Source: Enoplolaimus lenunculus (taxonomy: Eukaryota). From it: a DNA stretch of 64,000 bases. Location: assembly GCA_030248215.1 (NCBI GenBank), contig JASANG010000957.1, positions 62,001 through 126,000 of the forward strand. Reading direction: 5' to 3'. The translations under genes and the position numbers were made by a program. A model generated the notes under the pieces. That model had not been told where the DNA came from. It worked only from the letters and a program-made list of their open reading frames with translations, and searched no databases. This document shows, piece by piece, positions 53,998 to 61,825 of the stretch; positions within the stretch are counted from its first letter, which is position 1, and each line of letters opens with the position of its first letter.

Positions 53998-56900
53998 GTT
54001 TCTAGTACTGTTCATTAATCAAACCGCCAACAATATAAGAGTTGCGCTATACTTGACGTCCGGTGCCGTCCGTCACCGTGAGAAACCCATACGGCGCCGT
54101 CCGTCACCGTGCGAAATTCATACGGCGCCGTCCGTCACCGTACGAAACCCATACCGCGCCGTCCGTCACCGTGCGAAATGCATACTGCGCCGTCCGTCAC
54201 CGTGCGAAACCCCTCCGGCGCCGTCCGTCACCGTGCGAAACACATCCGGCGCCGTCCGTCACCGTGCGAAACCCATACGGCGCCGTCCGTCACCGTGCGA
54301 AACCCATACGGCGCCGTCCGTCACCGTCTGTCAGCCGTATTGTGCAGTCCGTCACCGTCCGTCACCATGCGTTATCGTACGTGAGGTATTTGCGAACGAT
54401 ACTGCGCGGCGGTGGACGGCGCCGTACGGCTGACGGACGGCGCCGCACGGGTGACGGACGGCGCCGTACGGGTGACGGACAGCGCCGCGCGTCAAAAAAA
54501 GTATAGCGCAACCCTAACTCCTACATCTATTGCTGCAAAATTCCGTACAATTGCAAATTTTATTAGTTAAATGCAAAATGTTTGTTTGATTTCAATTTTC
54601 AAAATTCATTCGTTCACAAAACCTGTAAGCGATCTAATCGCTAGCTGATAATAGTTGCCGCCCATGTTACTTTTAGTGGCGTAACAGTATTCGTAATCCT
54701 AAGCCCAAGCCTAAGCGTTGCAAAAGAGTGTTCCTAAGCCTAAGCATAAGCCTAAGCAAAAAAATGTAATCTAGAATCTAAACCTACTTTTTATAGAGCC
54801 ACCAGAAACTTGGACGTCCCTAAATGTAACATGAGAAATAGTTGCTATACACATTTGAGAATACTGATAAAGGTATTGACAGTGAATAAATATAGTTTAC
54901 CATTCCTGATGGATCAGTTGCTTGAACGGTCAAATCATACGTCGGAATATTTTCTCGATCAAGAGGTAGACGAATTGTAATTTGACCACTGAAATTAACA
55001 AAATATTTCAATAAATATTCGCGGTTTGTGCAATCCAACTAACCCGTTGATTGCCGTCGTTAGCTAAACAGGCCGTCGTCTGTAGAGATTCTTTGATCTG
55101 TTGACAAAATTATTGTGACCGGCGCATAACGACTCTGTCGACCGAGAAATGTATCCCGCGAATCAACCCCGCCACGCTGAATGTTATTTTGCAATAAAAA
55201 TGGTGTCCTCATAAACGTCACAGGGTGTTTTCTAACCGGAACATTGAAATATGTTGCGGAAATTCCACGGAATTTCAAAATTTTACTTCCTTTGGAGCAA
55301 TTTTTCAAAACATCAAAGATAAAAACCCCGCATTAGAAATCGGTAAAATTTCAAAACCCAAAACGTATCCGCTGCACCGGTAAATCCTTTACCAACGTAC
55401 CGAAATTCCGTCTTATGGTCGTCAATGGTTTGCCAATTCTACGACAGATTGGTTAACGCAATTTTTTGCGTTATGGCAAGGGTTAACGCGTGATAATTTT
55501 GATATTTGGCCCGTGTTAATCCTACGTTATAGTGTTTTTGGTGGCAAAATGAAATTTTTTATTGTGAACGATGCATTGGTCTTCAGTATCGGCCCTGGAC
55601 AACGCCTCATCCAAACTCTACGATATGCTATCGAGTCTATCAAATGCTCATATTTGTGTTTTGTAATGGGTTTCAAAATGGTGATAAAATAGATATTATA
55701 TACGTTTGTTCAATGATTCAAAATTTGAAATGAATAAGGTAATTGACACAAATTTTCACCAAACGCGATACTGTAATAACCCAAATACGAGAGGGGATTG
55801 ATATTGAATTGACCTCTCCAGAGGGTACTCGCTGTTATTCGGTTACGGACTGTTATTTATTTTTAACCCGCTCTCCGCCGCCCTTCGTAACTTATGTATA
55901 TTCGGTATTGCAACTATCCGTTGAATTAAACGTTTGTATTGTATCAAAAGCTTCAGCAATACTGCAAGGTTACTTAGGAATGTACTTTCAAAACTTAGTA
56001 CGCTTTAAGGACGCGAACTCAAACTTTATTTCGCCCTGGAGTCATTTATGCACTACAAAATTAGGGATAAGTGACATTTATGCACTCTAATAGGAATTTA
56101 ACGACTCTATCCGCTTACGGACTCTTATTAGGTATACGGAGTATATTTTTGTCCGCAACGCGTAGCGGTGCGCAGCGACGCGTGACAGCGTCCGGTACAG
56201 TAGTACAACCCTTACGTTTCAGGCTCGATTGCGAAATGGCCACGTTCGTTGCCTCGAGTTATCGAGTAAACCAGCTCGTCTCGTGGATTGCGACCAGACA
56301 CAGCCTGAAAGTTTCGAATAAATCTTGAGTTTGCTTGACTGGTTAACTTATCGCAAACTGAGTAGCGGCTCGTTGCGGCACCGTACGCCGCGGTGCGTCG
56401 TAGCCCGCGGTTGTATTGCAAGTCTATAGATTCGTTAGACATCTGTGAACGGTCATAAAACATATTTCGATGCTTATCATCAATTCTAAGCAGGTTGTTT
56501 CCGTTTAACTAAATTGAAATATTTGGTGTATCAAAAATTAGCCAATAGAACAGGGCCGTAACAGTAGTATAAGCATATTCCTAAACCAAAGTCGACGTGC
56601 TAGCCAAAGCCTAAAGGGTCAGAATAAGCTTACACCTAAGCCTAAGCCTAAGCAAAAAAAATTGTATAAAGCTTTAGCTTACTTTATTTCAGTCACGCAG
56701 AAAAACGTTCTGTCCCTGATCTTTACATGGGTGTAAAAATTTAAGCGTTGTGTTTGGACATTAAAAGCGAAAAGCAATGATTTACCTGAATTTGTGTTAG
56801 CAACTCGCCAGGTCGAGCAATTTCGGGCACTTCAACTCGACTGATAGATTGTATAAATTGAGGTGGTCGAGGCGGTGGAGTCGGTCGAACTGGAGTTTGA

Positions 56901-59900
56901 TCAACGTCAACAACCACAACCGCTTGAGCTTTCCTGAAAAAAAGTTAGTAGAATTATTGTCATTACTCTTTCGAGCGAGCCATTTCCTCGAAGGACTGCA
57001 ATATAGTAAGCTTATGCTTTGAACTAATTTTCTGCGTTACGCGTCCACGTTGACTTATGTTTCTTCACGCTGAGGCGTTGATTTAGTGCTTGGTTTACAC
57101 TTATGTTCAGCACACATTTACTGCCATGAAAGTAACATTGGCCAATATATAATAAAATTAATATTGTGTAGGTTCTACAGTAACATGAGACAAACCAGGT
57201 AACCCAGTTAGAATACTGAAAGAATCCTGATGGCAGGGAACGCTTTTGGTGTTAATCCCTGTATCTTCGCAAAACGTTGTGTCTTACTTAGGTTATCCAT
57301 GCTAAGGAACTATTCGTTAAAAAGAATCAAAATGTATGTACCTAAAATGTAATAATTAACAAAAAGTCCGACGGTTTATTCGGTGACGAAAATTATTTTC
57401 AAATTCCGGTTCTTGTTCTTGTTCCGGTTCCTACAAACTGATTCAATCCAGTGTTTCTGTTCCTGTTGCGGCAAAATTTAGTTCCTGTTGTAACCGTGAT
57501 ATACACGTGTGATTACATTTTTTTGTTAATTTGGAACCTTTTCAAATATTAATTATTCAGTAGGACTTACTTGCCACCACCGTCTTTGGCTTCGACCACC
57601 ACTTGATACTGTTGCCCTGGTTCTAATGGCGCTATCGCTACCAGCGTTCCATTATCTGCTGCGTATCGAAATAAGCTATCCCCTCCGTTTGATACCGATA
57701 CAATGCTATAAGTCAACGTTCCATACTGACCACGGTCCCGATCTTGAGCTTGTATCTGAAATTCATAATCAAATTTCTGCTCACAGTTGCGTTAATACCA
57801 CTATTAACGGGGTGTTTTTTTGCGCATAGACCACTGTTGTCAAAAAATATACGCTATTCGGGTGGTGAAGGTGCAAGAAATTCAAGTGACTTGCAGCTGC
57901 ATTCACAGATGCGAATTCACTTTAAAAGCATGAATTCTAGCGAATAATTTGCAACTGCAACAACTTCAATGCTGCTTTGTGACCAAACTTGCACATCAAG
58001 TCACCCAGAGTCAACTGTAAAAACTTCACACTGTGAATAAGGTTAAATGAAGAGTGAGTTTTTGAAAGAAATTTGGCTTCTGTTATTAACTCAGAAATAA
58101 TTAACTTTCCGTCTGAGTTAATTAATTAACTCATTGGAATTTACAGTGTGTCTATGACACTACCTCCTCAAAAGTCACCTGGTGTACGCATGTTATTGTG
58201 GAAGTTGCATGCGATAGATGCCACATTAAACATCAGGTATTTTTTGGGCAGATTTATTCTTGAGCCTCATAAAATAAACAATTTGGCTTGTACGGCATTT
58301 ACACTTACCGGTAATATTTCTTGTAAACCGACAATTCCAGGACGCGCACGGACGTTGCTGACCGGAATCCGGAATTCAGGATCGTTATCGTTTTGATCGA
58401 TGATGTTTATCGCAATTGTTACCGGTTCGCTGTTTCGGATCGGTTCGGTGTCGACTTCACGCGCTTGTATCTGAAAAAATAATTTCATTTCAAATTATAT
58501 TTCATTTGAAGTTTTATTTTCTGCAAGTTTACGTGTTTTGGATTTGCATTCATGGTCACGTCGAGATGTATAACAAATTTTTCGCAACATTTTTAGTCCC
58601 ACAGTCAAAGACGACCACGATAGCGTCCGCTTTTTTAAAAGGTTTAAGTTGTGTTTTAAATCGGCGTATACCCCTTCTGTCAATTTTTTTGGCCCATCAC
58701 CTGGCAAGTTGATCTTGGGTACCGAACCAGATTTGATTCGGTAATGTTTGATTGAAATTTTACCAAAAATATTAAAATATATGCACAAAACTAACCGTCA
58801 TTATACATGGCCACCGGATATCTGGATAAATATCCGGCAAGAATTGCCGGATATCCGTAGATGAAAAAATATCCGATGCCCATCACTAACCGTAATTTTA
58901 TAAACAGTTGGATTCGGTGGGTCGACGTCCAACGAAGGCACGTTCAGGTAAACAAATCCGCCTTGATTGACGGCAAAAAGCGCCGCACCAGACTCAGTCA
59001 AAATGTACTGATATGTTGCTGGAGGCATTCCAGGTTTCTAAAATAAAATAAAACCCGTTTAGTAGCATCGTCAGCACCTCCATGCCCCCCAAATCGGGGT
59101 GTCATTCACATCTAAGACACCCATTTCAAAATATTAGAATATCGAATTTCAGCAGTAACCTTTGAATTTCTTGTTTAATACTAAAATTAGGGCCCGTATT
59201 CTCAAATGTGTATAGCAGCTATCATCAGTTAGTTATATGTTTTTAACCCTTTCACTCATAGAGTATACTATGAGCAACTAAATAGAATAATGTAACAGCA
59301 ATACACACACTGTTAGCAGTGTTTAACATTTATAACATATATGCGTAGTGTAAAATCTCCAGAAGACGAGCGTCAAACTCCTATGGCTTAGTGGTCATTG
59401 TAACCGCCCTCCACACGTGAGACTGGGAATCGAATCTTACCTTGAAATTACATCTCATATGAAATTGAAAATATTCATGTGAGACAGGGTTAAAGTCATT
59501 AACTGTTGCAGTTGCTGAACGAAAATTGGCATAGTAGTACAGCAAATCATATGCGAAAAATGTGCTGAATTTTGAGCCTCAATATTAACTGATTCGAAAG
59601 TTACAAGACCTATCACTAACTGGTGAAACGTGCTAAACACAATTGCGAATACGGGCCTACATTTTGAGGGTTCCAAAAACTGAAGCAAGCTCGTAGTCAG
59701 CTCACCTTGCTATTGGGACTAAACCTTGTTCAGGAGGGGCAGTCAATAGTTTTCAATTACTAAGAACCAAACTTGAAGATTTTCTGGGGAGGGGCAAATT
59801 TTTCCAGCGGGGCTCAGCCAGCTGTCTCCCCCTTGGCTACGGGCTTGAGCCGAAGTAATTAGACAAAGTTTACCAAATCTTTATCGGTGACCAATATTTG

Positions 59901-61825
59901 CAACGGTTCAGCATTAACGTCGGTTCCAATGCGAACGGTTGTTCCAATCGGTGAATTTTCTTCAATAAATCCTTGAGCGCCGGAAACTTGAAGTTGCTGA
60001 AAAAAACATAAAATAAAAACTTTTTTGTTAAACATTTTCAACGTTAAGTTTTTCTAAAATCTGTGTTTTCTGACGTTCAAAAATACTGTAAATTCCAATG
60101 AGAGGATTAACCGATTCAGCTAGCGAGTTGGATACTTCGTAATTAATATCAGTATACATTAATTTAATCTGAGTTGAGTTGATTTTTCGCTCTGAGTTGA
60201 GTTAACTCTGGGTAAGTTGGTTAATTAACTCACAGTGAATTGAATCAACTCAAATTTTTGAGTTCTGGTAGTCCTCAGAGACTGAGTTATTCAACTCATT
60301 CTGAGTTAAAATCAACTCACTGAAATTTACAGTGCATAGATAGACATTGAAGGTTTACCAAATAGGCTTAGACGTAGAACCTAAGGATCCACGTTTGGCT
60401 TAATCACCCTTTAAGCGTCCAGATCAGGTTTTTACAGTGTCAGATAAGGCTAGGGTGGACGGTCATCAAAATTCCGGGGTGGGTCCCCCTTGCGATCATC
60501 AAAATATTTCCCAAATTTTTTGTTTAAAATCTTGTTAGGGTGGCGGCCTCTTTGGTAGAGTGGGAGCCTCCCAAATGGAGGGTAGGTGGGGTGGCTCCTC
60601 CTGCTTTGGTTTTTAGGGACCTTTTCTATACATGATTCCTTAGCAGCAAAAAATTATTCCCAAATTCAAACATACCGGATTGTGTTCGTTGAGCGTGGTG
60701 TCGCTAATCCGAATCCTTAATCGTGCCACTGAACTTGTTTCTACAATTGACGAACTTTGCCCATCATTTTCAGCCTAAAATTGCAAAAAAATTTGGGCCC
60801 ATGTATAGAACAGGGTCGGATCGTTTTCCGGAGGGGCTATAATAGAGTCAGTTTAAGAAGCTTTAGACTATTTTTTGCTTAGGCTTAGGCTTAAGCTTGG
60901 CTTAGGATTAGGAATACCCTCATCTATACGCTTAGGCTTGGGCTTAGGCTTAGGAATATGCTTATACTACTGTTCGGCCCTGTTCTATACATGGGCCAAA
61001 TTTGGACTCAATAAACAAGGTCTGGTGAGCGAATATGCGTTTTCGTTATTTTGGTCACTGTGCATTTCAGTTATACTGTTTCCGTTATTTTTACTATCCG
61101 TTTACACTCCGCTCTCAAAGGAGAGTTGTATTATGAACTGTTCGCTGACCTCTAATTATTGCGTTGCGAACGACATGCAACAATGAATTGTTTTATTTGA
61201 GGCGGCAAGAATACCTACTTCTAGGAAACACGGAACATTATTCTAAAACAGAATTGTTTAATACTGTGGAAAAAAATTTCAGCTGGGGGAGCAAATATAT
61301 CCGTTGGCGCCGGGACTGCGACCCCCCTGTCCCGTGTTGTACCGGTTGAGGTTACAAACCTATCTTACCTAATAAAATGCTTGCGTTCCAGAAACCTAAA
61401 TTTAGCAAAACTATTCACGTTAAGATAGGCCCGTAGCCAGCTCACCTTGATCGAGGGCTAAAAATTGTTCAGGAGTGGAATTCAAGGGTTTTTAATGACT
61501 TGTAAGCAAAATTGAAAGTTTTCTAGGGGCGGGGGGCGAAATATTTGCAGGGTTAGTTAACCCCCTGACCCCCTTGGCTACGGGCCCGCGTTAAGATTAG
61601 AACCCACAAGTTTCAATAGCTGTAGGCCTAGGCTTAAGCTTTAGTTTAGGTTTAGGTTTAGGAAATAACCTAAGCATAAATCTAAACGTGGATGGTGTAA
61701 TAGAGCAATTACCACAATAAATATCAAGTAATCAGACGGACCACCGAATGGCACAGGTTGACGCTGAATTACTTGACCAGTTCCAGCTTCGATGCCAAAA
61801 AATGTTGTATAGTCCGCTGGGGTGC
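20811..61825 (-). CDS. Pcdh15: Protocadherin-15 / Cad99C-like cadherin, 30 exons in window (EC3 partial to EC11, MAD12/SEA-like domain, TM, cytoplasmic tail); 5' exons not found in window
   Basis: All 30 exons join in phase (4127 nt). Cadherin motifs DxNDNxP, AxDxD, LDRE. GTPADY..FF and GFIEENSPIG..PLQI...DKD resemble PCDH15 EC3/EC4 as recalled. Membrane-proximal VNLIEDENRV domain; TM IALVVLACVIAVGSIIAIIALCCCW; EYETQML motif; C-terminus KTTML. Cadherin call is firm; orthology needs phylogeny. Confidence 0.88.
21350..24886. repeat. 62-bp tandem satellite, ~57 near-identical copies, in last cadherin intron
   Basis: Unit TAATCTGAGCTTAGCCGTAATTTGGGCTAAGGTTCCTCCAACTACGTCTTGGACGTCGTTTA. Confidence 0.98.
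25087..25536. mobile_element. MITE family C
   Basis: TA-CTGTAGTGACC...GGTCACTACAG-TA. Confidence 0.88.
26061..26298. mobile_element. MITE family A
   Basis: TIRs as above. Confidence 0.85.
26430..26670 (-). CDS. Pcdh15: cadherin exon, cytoplasmic (EYETQMLEMAMPED...polyQ...STQ)
   Basis: TTTCAG/GTAATT; overlaps ORF 26426..26656. Confidence 0.88.
26756..26932. mobile_element. hAT-type MITE (CAGTGGCGGATCC TIR)
   Basis: Perfect 8-bp TSD GGTATAGG. Confidence 0.88.
28009..28154 (-). CDS. Pcdh15: cadherin exon, cytoplasmic (AKNASRRSMYYSSK...PPSNPA)
   Basis: TTTCAG/GTAAAG, phase 2-1. Confidence 0.85.
28163..30031. repeat. 41-bp tandem satellite, ~45 copies, in cadherin intron
   Basis: Unit AAATGATAAACAAACAGACATGTGGGAAC(A/G)CAGGTCTCAGT. 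Confidence 0.98.
30832..30919 (-). CDS. Pcdh15: cadherin exon, transmembrane helix (AQIALVVLACVIAVGSIIAIIALCCCWL)
   Basis: TTTCAG/GTGAGT; long hydrophobic run followed by Cys cluster. Confidence 0.9.
31353..31537 (-). CDS. Pcdh15: cadherin exon, juxtamembrane (GLVGNTTA...SASDWT)
   Basis: TTTCAG/GTGAGA, phase 2-1. Confidence 0.85.
31555..31985. repeat. Degenerate ~20-bp AT-rich minisatellite (TTTTAAGATATTTTTTAAA-like)
   Basis: Directly visible. Confidence 0.8.
32467..32532 (-). CDS. Pcdh15: cadherin exon (SRITLYFINPRSRKICTRTEL)
   Basis: TTATAG/GTAAGA, phase 2-2. Confidence 0.82.
32885..33315. repeat. ~40-45 bp minisatellite (TTTTCCCATGGTATTATCTGAGCTAAAAAATTTCCCACA) interrupted by an hAT-type MITE at ~33080-33243
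   Basis: About six degenerate units visible. Confidence 0.75.
33480..33696. mobile_element. MITE family A (reverse orientation)
   Basis: TIRs, TA/TA flanks. Confidence 0.85.
34106..34186 (-). CDS. Pcdh15: cadherin exon (SLQRHANPCQVIGAEQITDATTGARA)
   Basis: TTTTAG/GTACGT, phase 2-2. Confidence 0.82.
34362..34612. mobile_element. MITE family A nested in a TTAGGC-bearing MITE
   Basis: TIRs; host halves on both sides. Confidence 0.8.
34629..34897 (+). mobile_element. TTAA/piggyBac-type MITE with internal tRNA-like cassette
   Basis: TTAA-CCCTTTC...GAAAGGA-TTAA. Confidence 0.8.
35084..35175 (-). CDS. Pcdh15: cadherin exon, start of membrane-adjacent domain (VNLIEDENRVDMII...PTLV)
   Basis: TTTTAG/GTAACT, phase 0-2. 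Confidence 0.85.
36463..36696 (-). CDS. Pcdh15: cadherin exon (AVDPDAGPNSIITYSL...AVATDNP...QIV)
   Basis: TTTTAG/GTAAGT. Confidence 0.93.
37067..37205. mobile_element. MITE family B (CACTGCAAAA...TTTTGCAGTG); other copies 20522-20734, 35289-35425, 36766-36952, 39388-39607
   Basis: ~25-30 bp TIRs, 2-bp flanking duplication (TA/TA here, TG/TG at 35289). Confidence 0.85.
37221..37405 (-). CDS. Pcdh15: cadherin exon (...VHVSVVDINDNAPQF...YFGALASDAP...SVK)
   Basis: TTTCAG/GTAAAT; DINDNAP. Confidence 0.93.
39231..39350 (-). CDS. Pcdh15: cadherin exon (LFKAVLTNQGDCELRIFSLDRENVSSYDI...)
   Basis: TTTCAG/GTAAGT; LDRE. Confidence 0.9.
40349..40470 (-). CDS. Pcdh15: cadherin exon (ILVAEGPVSPY...VNKPADARNLRCSVGQRRGVPQ)
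   Basis: TTATAG/GTAAGC, phase 2-1 fits. Confidence 0.85.
41069..41299. mobile_element. MITE family A
   Basis: TIRs. Confidence 0.85.
41772..42076. repeat. AT-rich (ATAA/ATAT)n low-complexity tract with internal duplication
   Basis: Directly visible; ATATATATCATGATTTTATCCCCACGAATT occurs twice. Confidence 0.9.
42251..42495. mobile_element. MITE family A
   Basis: TIRs, TA/TA flanks. Confidence 0.85.
43463..43733 (+). mobile_element. TTAA/piggyBac-type MITE with internal tRNA-like cassette
   Basis: TTAA flanks; homologous to 34629-34897. Confidence 0.8.
43865..44082 (-). CDS. Pcdh15: cadherin exon (LYVDAKDQGVPSLSSTATV + Pro/Gly/Ser linker + NIARFDRKDY)
   Basis: TTCCAG/GTAGGT; AxDxGxPxLS. 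Confidence 0.92.
44161..44412. mobile_element. MITE family A (reverse orientation)
   Basis: TIRs, TG/TG flanks. Confidence 0.85.
45118..45371. mobile_element. MITE family A
   Basis: TIRs. Confidence 0.85.
45408..45539 (-). CDS. Pcdh15: cadherin exon (APNNEIRYSL...FTIDETTGVITV...DLV)
   Basis: TTTTAG/GTGAGT. Confidence 0.93.
46274..46390 (-). CDS. Pcdh15: cadherin exon (DINDWMPTF...VTAYDQDAT)
   Basis: TTTTAG/GTAAGT. Confidence 0.93.
46983..47128 (-). CDS. Pcdh15: cadherin exon (GVIRTLANLNAESAQSHTLVIGT...VIVKVV)
   Basis: ATTTAG/GTAAGT, phase 1-0. Confidence 0.9.
47687..48316. mobile_element. Nested hAT-type MITEs
   Basis: Outer TSD ATAAAAAC; inner element 47923-48308 with TSD CGCCACTG. Confidence 0.88.
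48437..48521 (-). CDS. Pcdh15: cadherin exon (ASDPDSNDIISYVLKQGDPTLFAVDART)
   Basis: TTTTAG/GTTAGC. Confidence 0.92.
49161..49599. mobile_element. MITE family C (reverse); fragments also at ~45921-46012, 48040-48234, 55771-56140, 62455-62737
   Basis: TIRs, TA flanks, homology to 25087-25536. Confidence 0.88.
49662..49784 (-). CDS. Pcdh15: cadherin exon (DTANVIINVEKSANAAPIFEQNYYELAVPED...VK)
   Basis: TTTCAG/GTAAGC; PxF..Y...VPE. Confidence 0.92.
51261..51381 (-). CDS. Pcdh15: cadherin exon (FFTIDPRNGTIFV...VATDAGSQPLS)
   Basis: TTTTAG/GTAATA. Confidence 0.93.
52782..52843 (-). CDS. Pcdh15: cadherin exon (AVDPDDGANAQLSYRILEPT)
   Basis: TTATAG/GTACGT; AxDxDxGxN. Confidence 0.92.
52957..53107. 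mobile_element. MITE family E carrying (TTAGGC)n; TIR GGCCMATGTTACTTTWAGGGGCG; other copies near 172, 17716, 17902, 18207, 25623, 32562, 48895, 54660
   Basis: TIRs and internal layout shared with family D. Confidence 0.85.
53670..53801 (-). CDS. Pcdh15: cadherin exon (SNSTVIRVSVRDENDNGPRF...GAVT)
   Basis: TTTCAG/GTAACA; DENDNGP. Confidence 0.93.
53825..53997. repeat. (AAT)n microsatellite with ATT interruptions
   Basis: Directly visible. Confidence 0.97.
54037..54516. mobile_element. MITE (AGRGTTGCGCTATACTT TIR) with internal ~29-bp GC-rich tandem repeats; relatives at 1096-1264 and ~46670-46777
   Basis: TIRs; repeated CGGCGCCGTCCGTCACCGTGCGAAA. Confidence 0.85.
54901..54988 (-). CDS. Pcdh15: cadherin exon (GQITIRLPLDRENIPTYDLTVQATDPSGM)
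   Basis: TTTCAG/GTAAAC; LDRE. Confidence 0.93.
56216..56304 (-). CDS. Pcdh15: cadherin exon (AVSGRNPRDELVYSITRGNERGHFAIEPE)
   Basis: TTTCAG/GTAAGG; YSI..GN..G.F.I motif. Confidence 0.92.
56786..56933 (-). CDS. Pcdh15: cadherin exon (KAQAVVVVDVDQTPVRPTPPPRPPQF...QIQ)
   Basis: TTTCAG/GTAAAT, phase 2-0. Confidence 0.9.
57571..57755 (-). CDS. Pcdh15: cadherin exon (IQAQDRDRGQYGTLTYSI...EAKDGGG)
   Basis: TTTCAG/GTAAGT; AxDxD and AxDGG. Confidence 0.92.
58309..58470 (-). CDS. Pcdh15: cadherin exon (IQAREVD...IIDQNDNDPEF...ILP)
   Basis: TTTCAG/GTAAGT; DxNDNxP. Confidence 0.92.
58891..59037 (-). CDS. Pcdh15: cadherin exon (KPGMPPATYQYIL...YKIT)
   Basis: TTTTAG/GTTAGT, phase 0-0. Confidence 0.9.
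59243..59493 (+). mobile_element. TTAA/piggyBac-type MITE nested in a GGCCCGTATTC-TIR MITE (~59191-59657); partial copies at ~51690-52133
   Basis: TTAA-CCCT...AGGG-TTAA. Confidence 0.82.
59874..59996 (-). CDS. Pcdh15: cadherin exon (QLQVSGAQGFIEENSPIG...VTDKDL)
   Basis: TTTCAG/GTAAAC, phase 0-0. Confidence 0.9.
60084..60334. mobile_element. MITE family A
   Basis: TIRs. Confidence 0.85.
60676..60774 (-). CDS. Pcdh15: cadherin exon (AENDGQSS...ARLRIRISDTTLNEHNP)
   Basis: TTTTAG/GTATGT, 99 nt, phase 0-0. Confidence 0.85.
60796..60997. mobile_element. MITE family D (reverse, TTAGGC on + strand)
   Basis: GGCCCATGTATAGAACAGGG / CCCTGTTCTATACATGGGCC TIRs. Confidence 0.88.
61426..61588. mobile_element. 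hAT-type MITE (YAGGCCCGTAGCCA TIR); relatives at ~33080-33243 and 59686-59847
   Basis: Perfect 8-bp TSD CGTTAAGA. Confidence 0.88.
61713..61825 (-). CDS. Pcdh15: cadherin exon (GTPADYTTFFGIEAGTGQVIQRQPVPFGGPSDYLIFIV)
   Basis: Within ORF 61641..61880; TTTTATAG acceptor (a slightly upstream AG is possible), GTAATT donor. Confidence 0.8.

Noticed and set aside
53817..54005. Poly-Asn ORF
   Set aside because: (AAT)n microsatellite
54053..54506. Overlapping Arg/Pro-rich ORFs
   Set aside because: Open in all frames because of the GC-rich tandem repeat
60538..60600. Further tRNA-like sequence (TGGTAGAG...GCCTCCCAA)
   Set aside because: No B box or T arm; too weak
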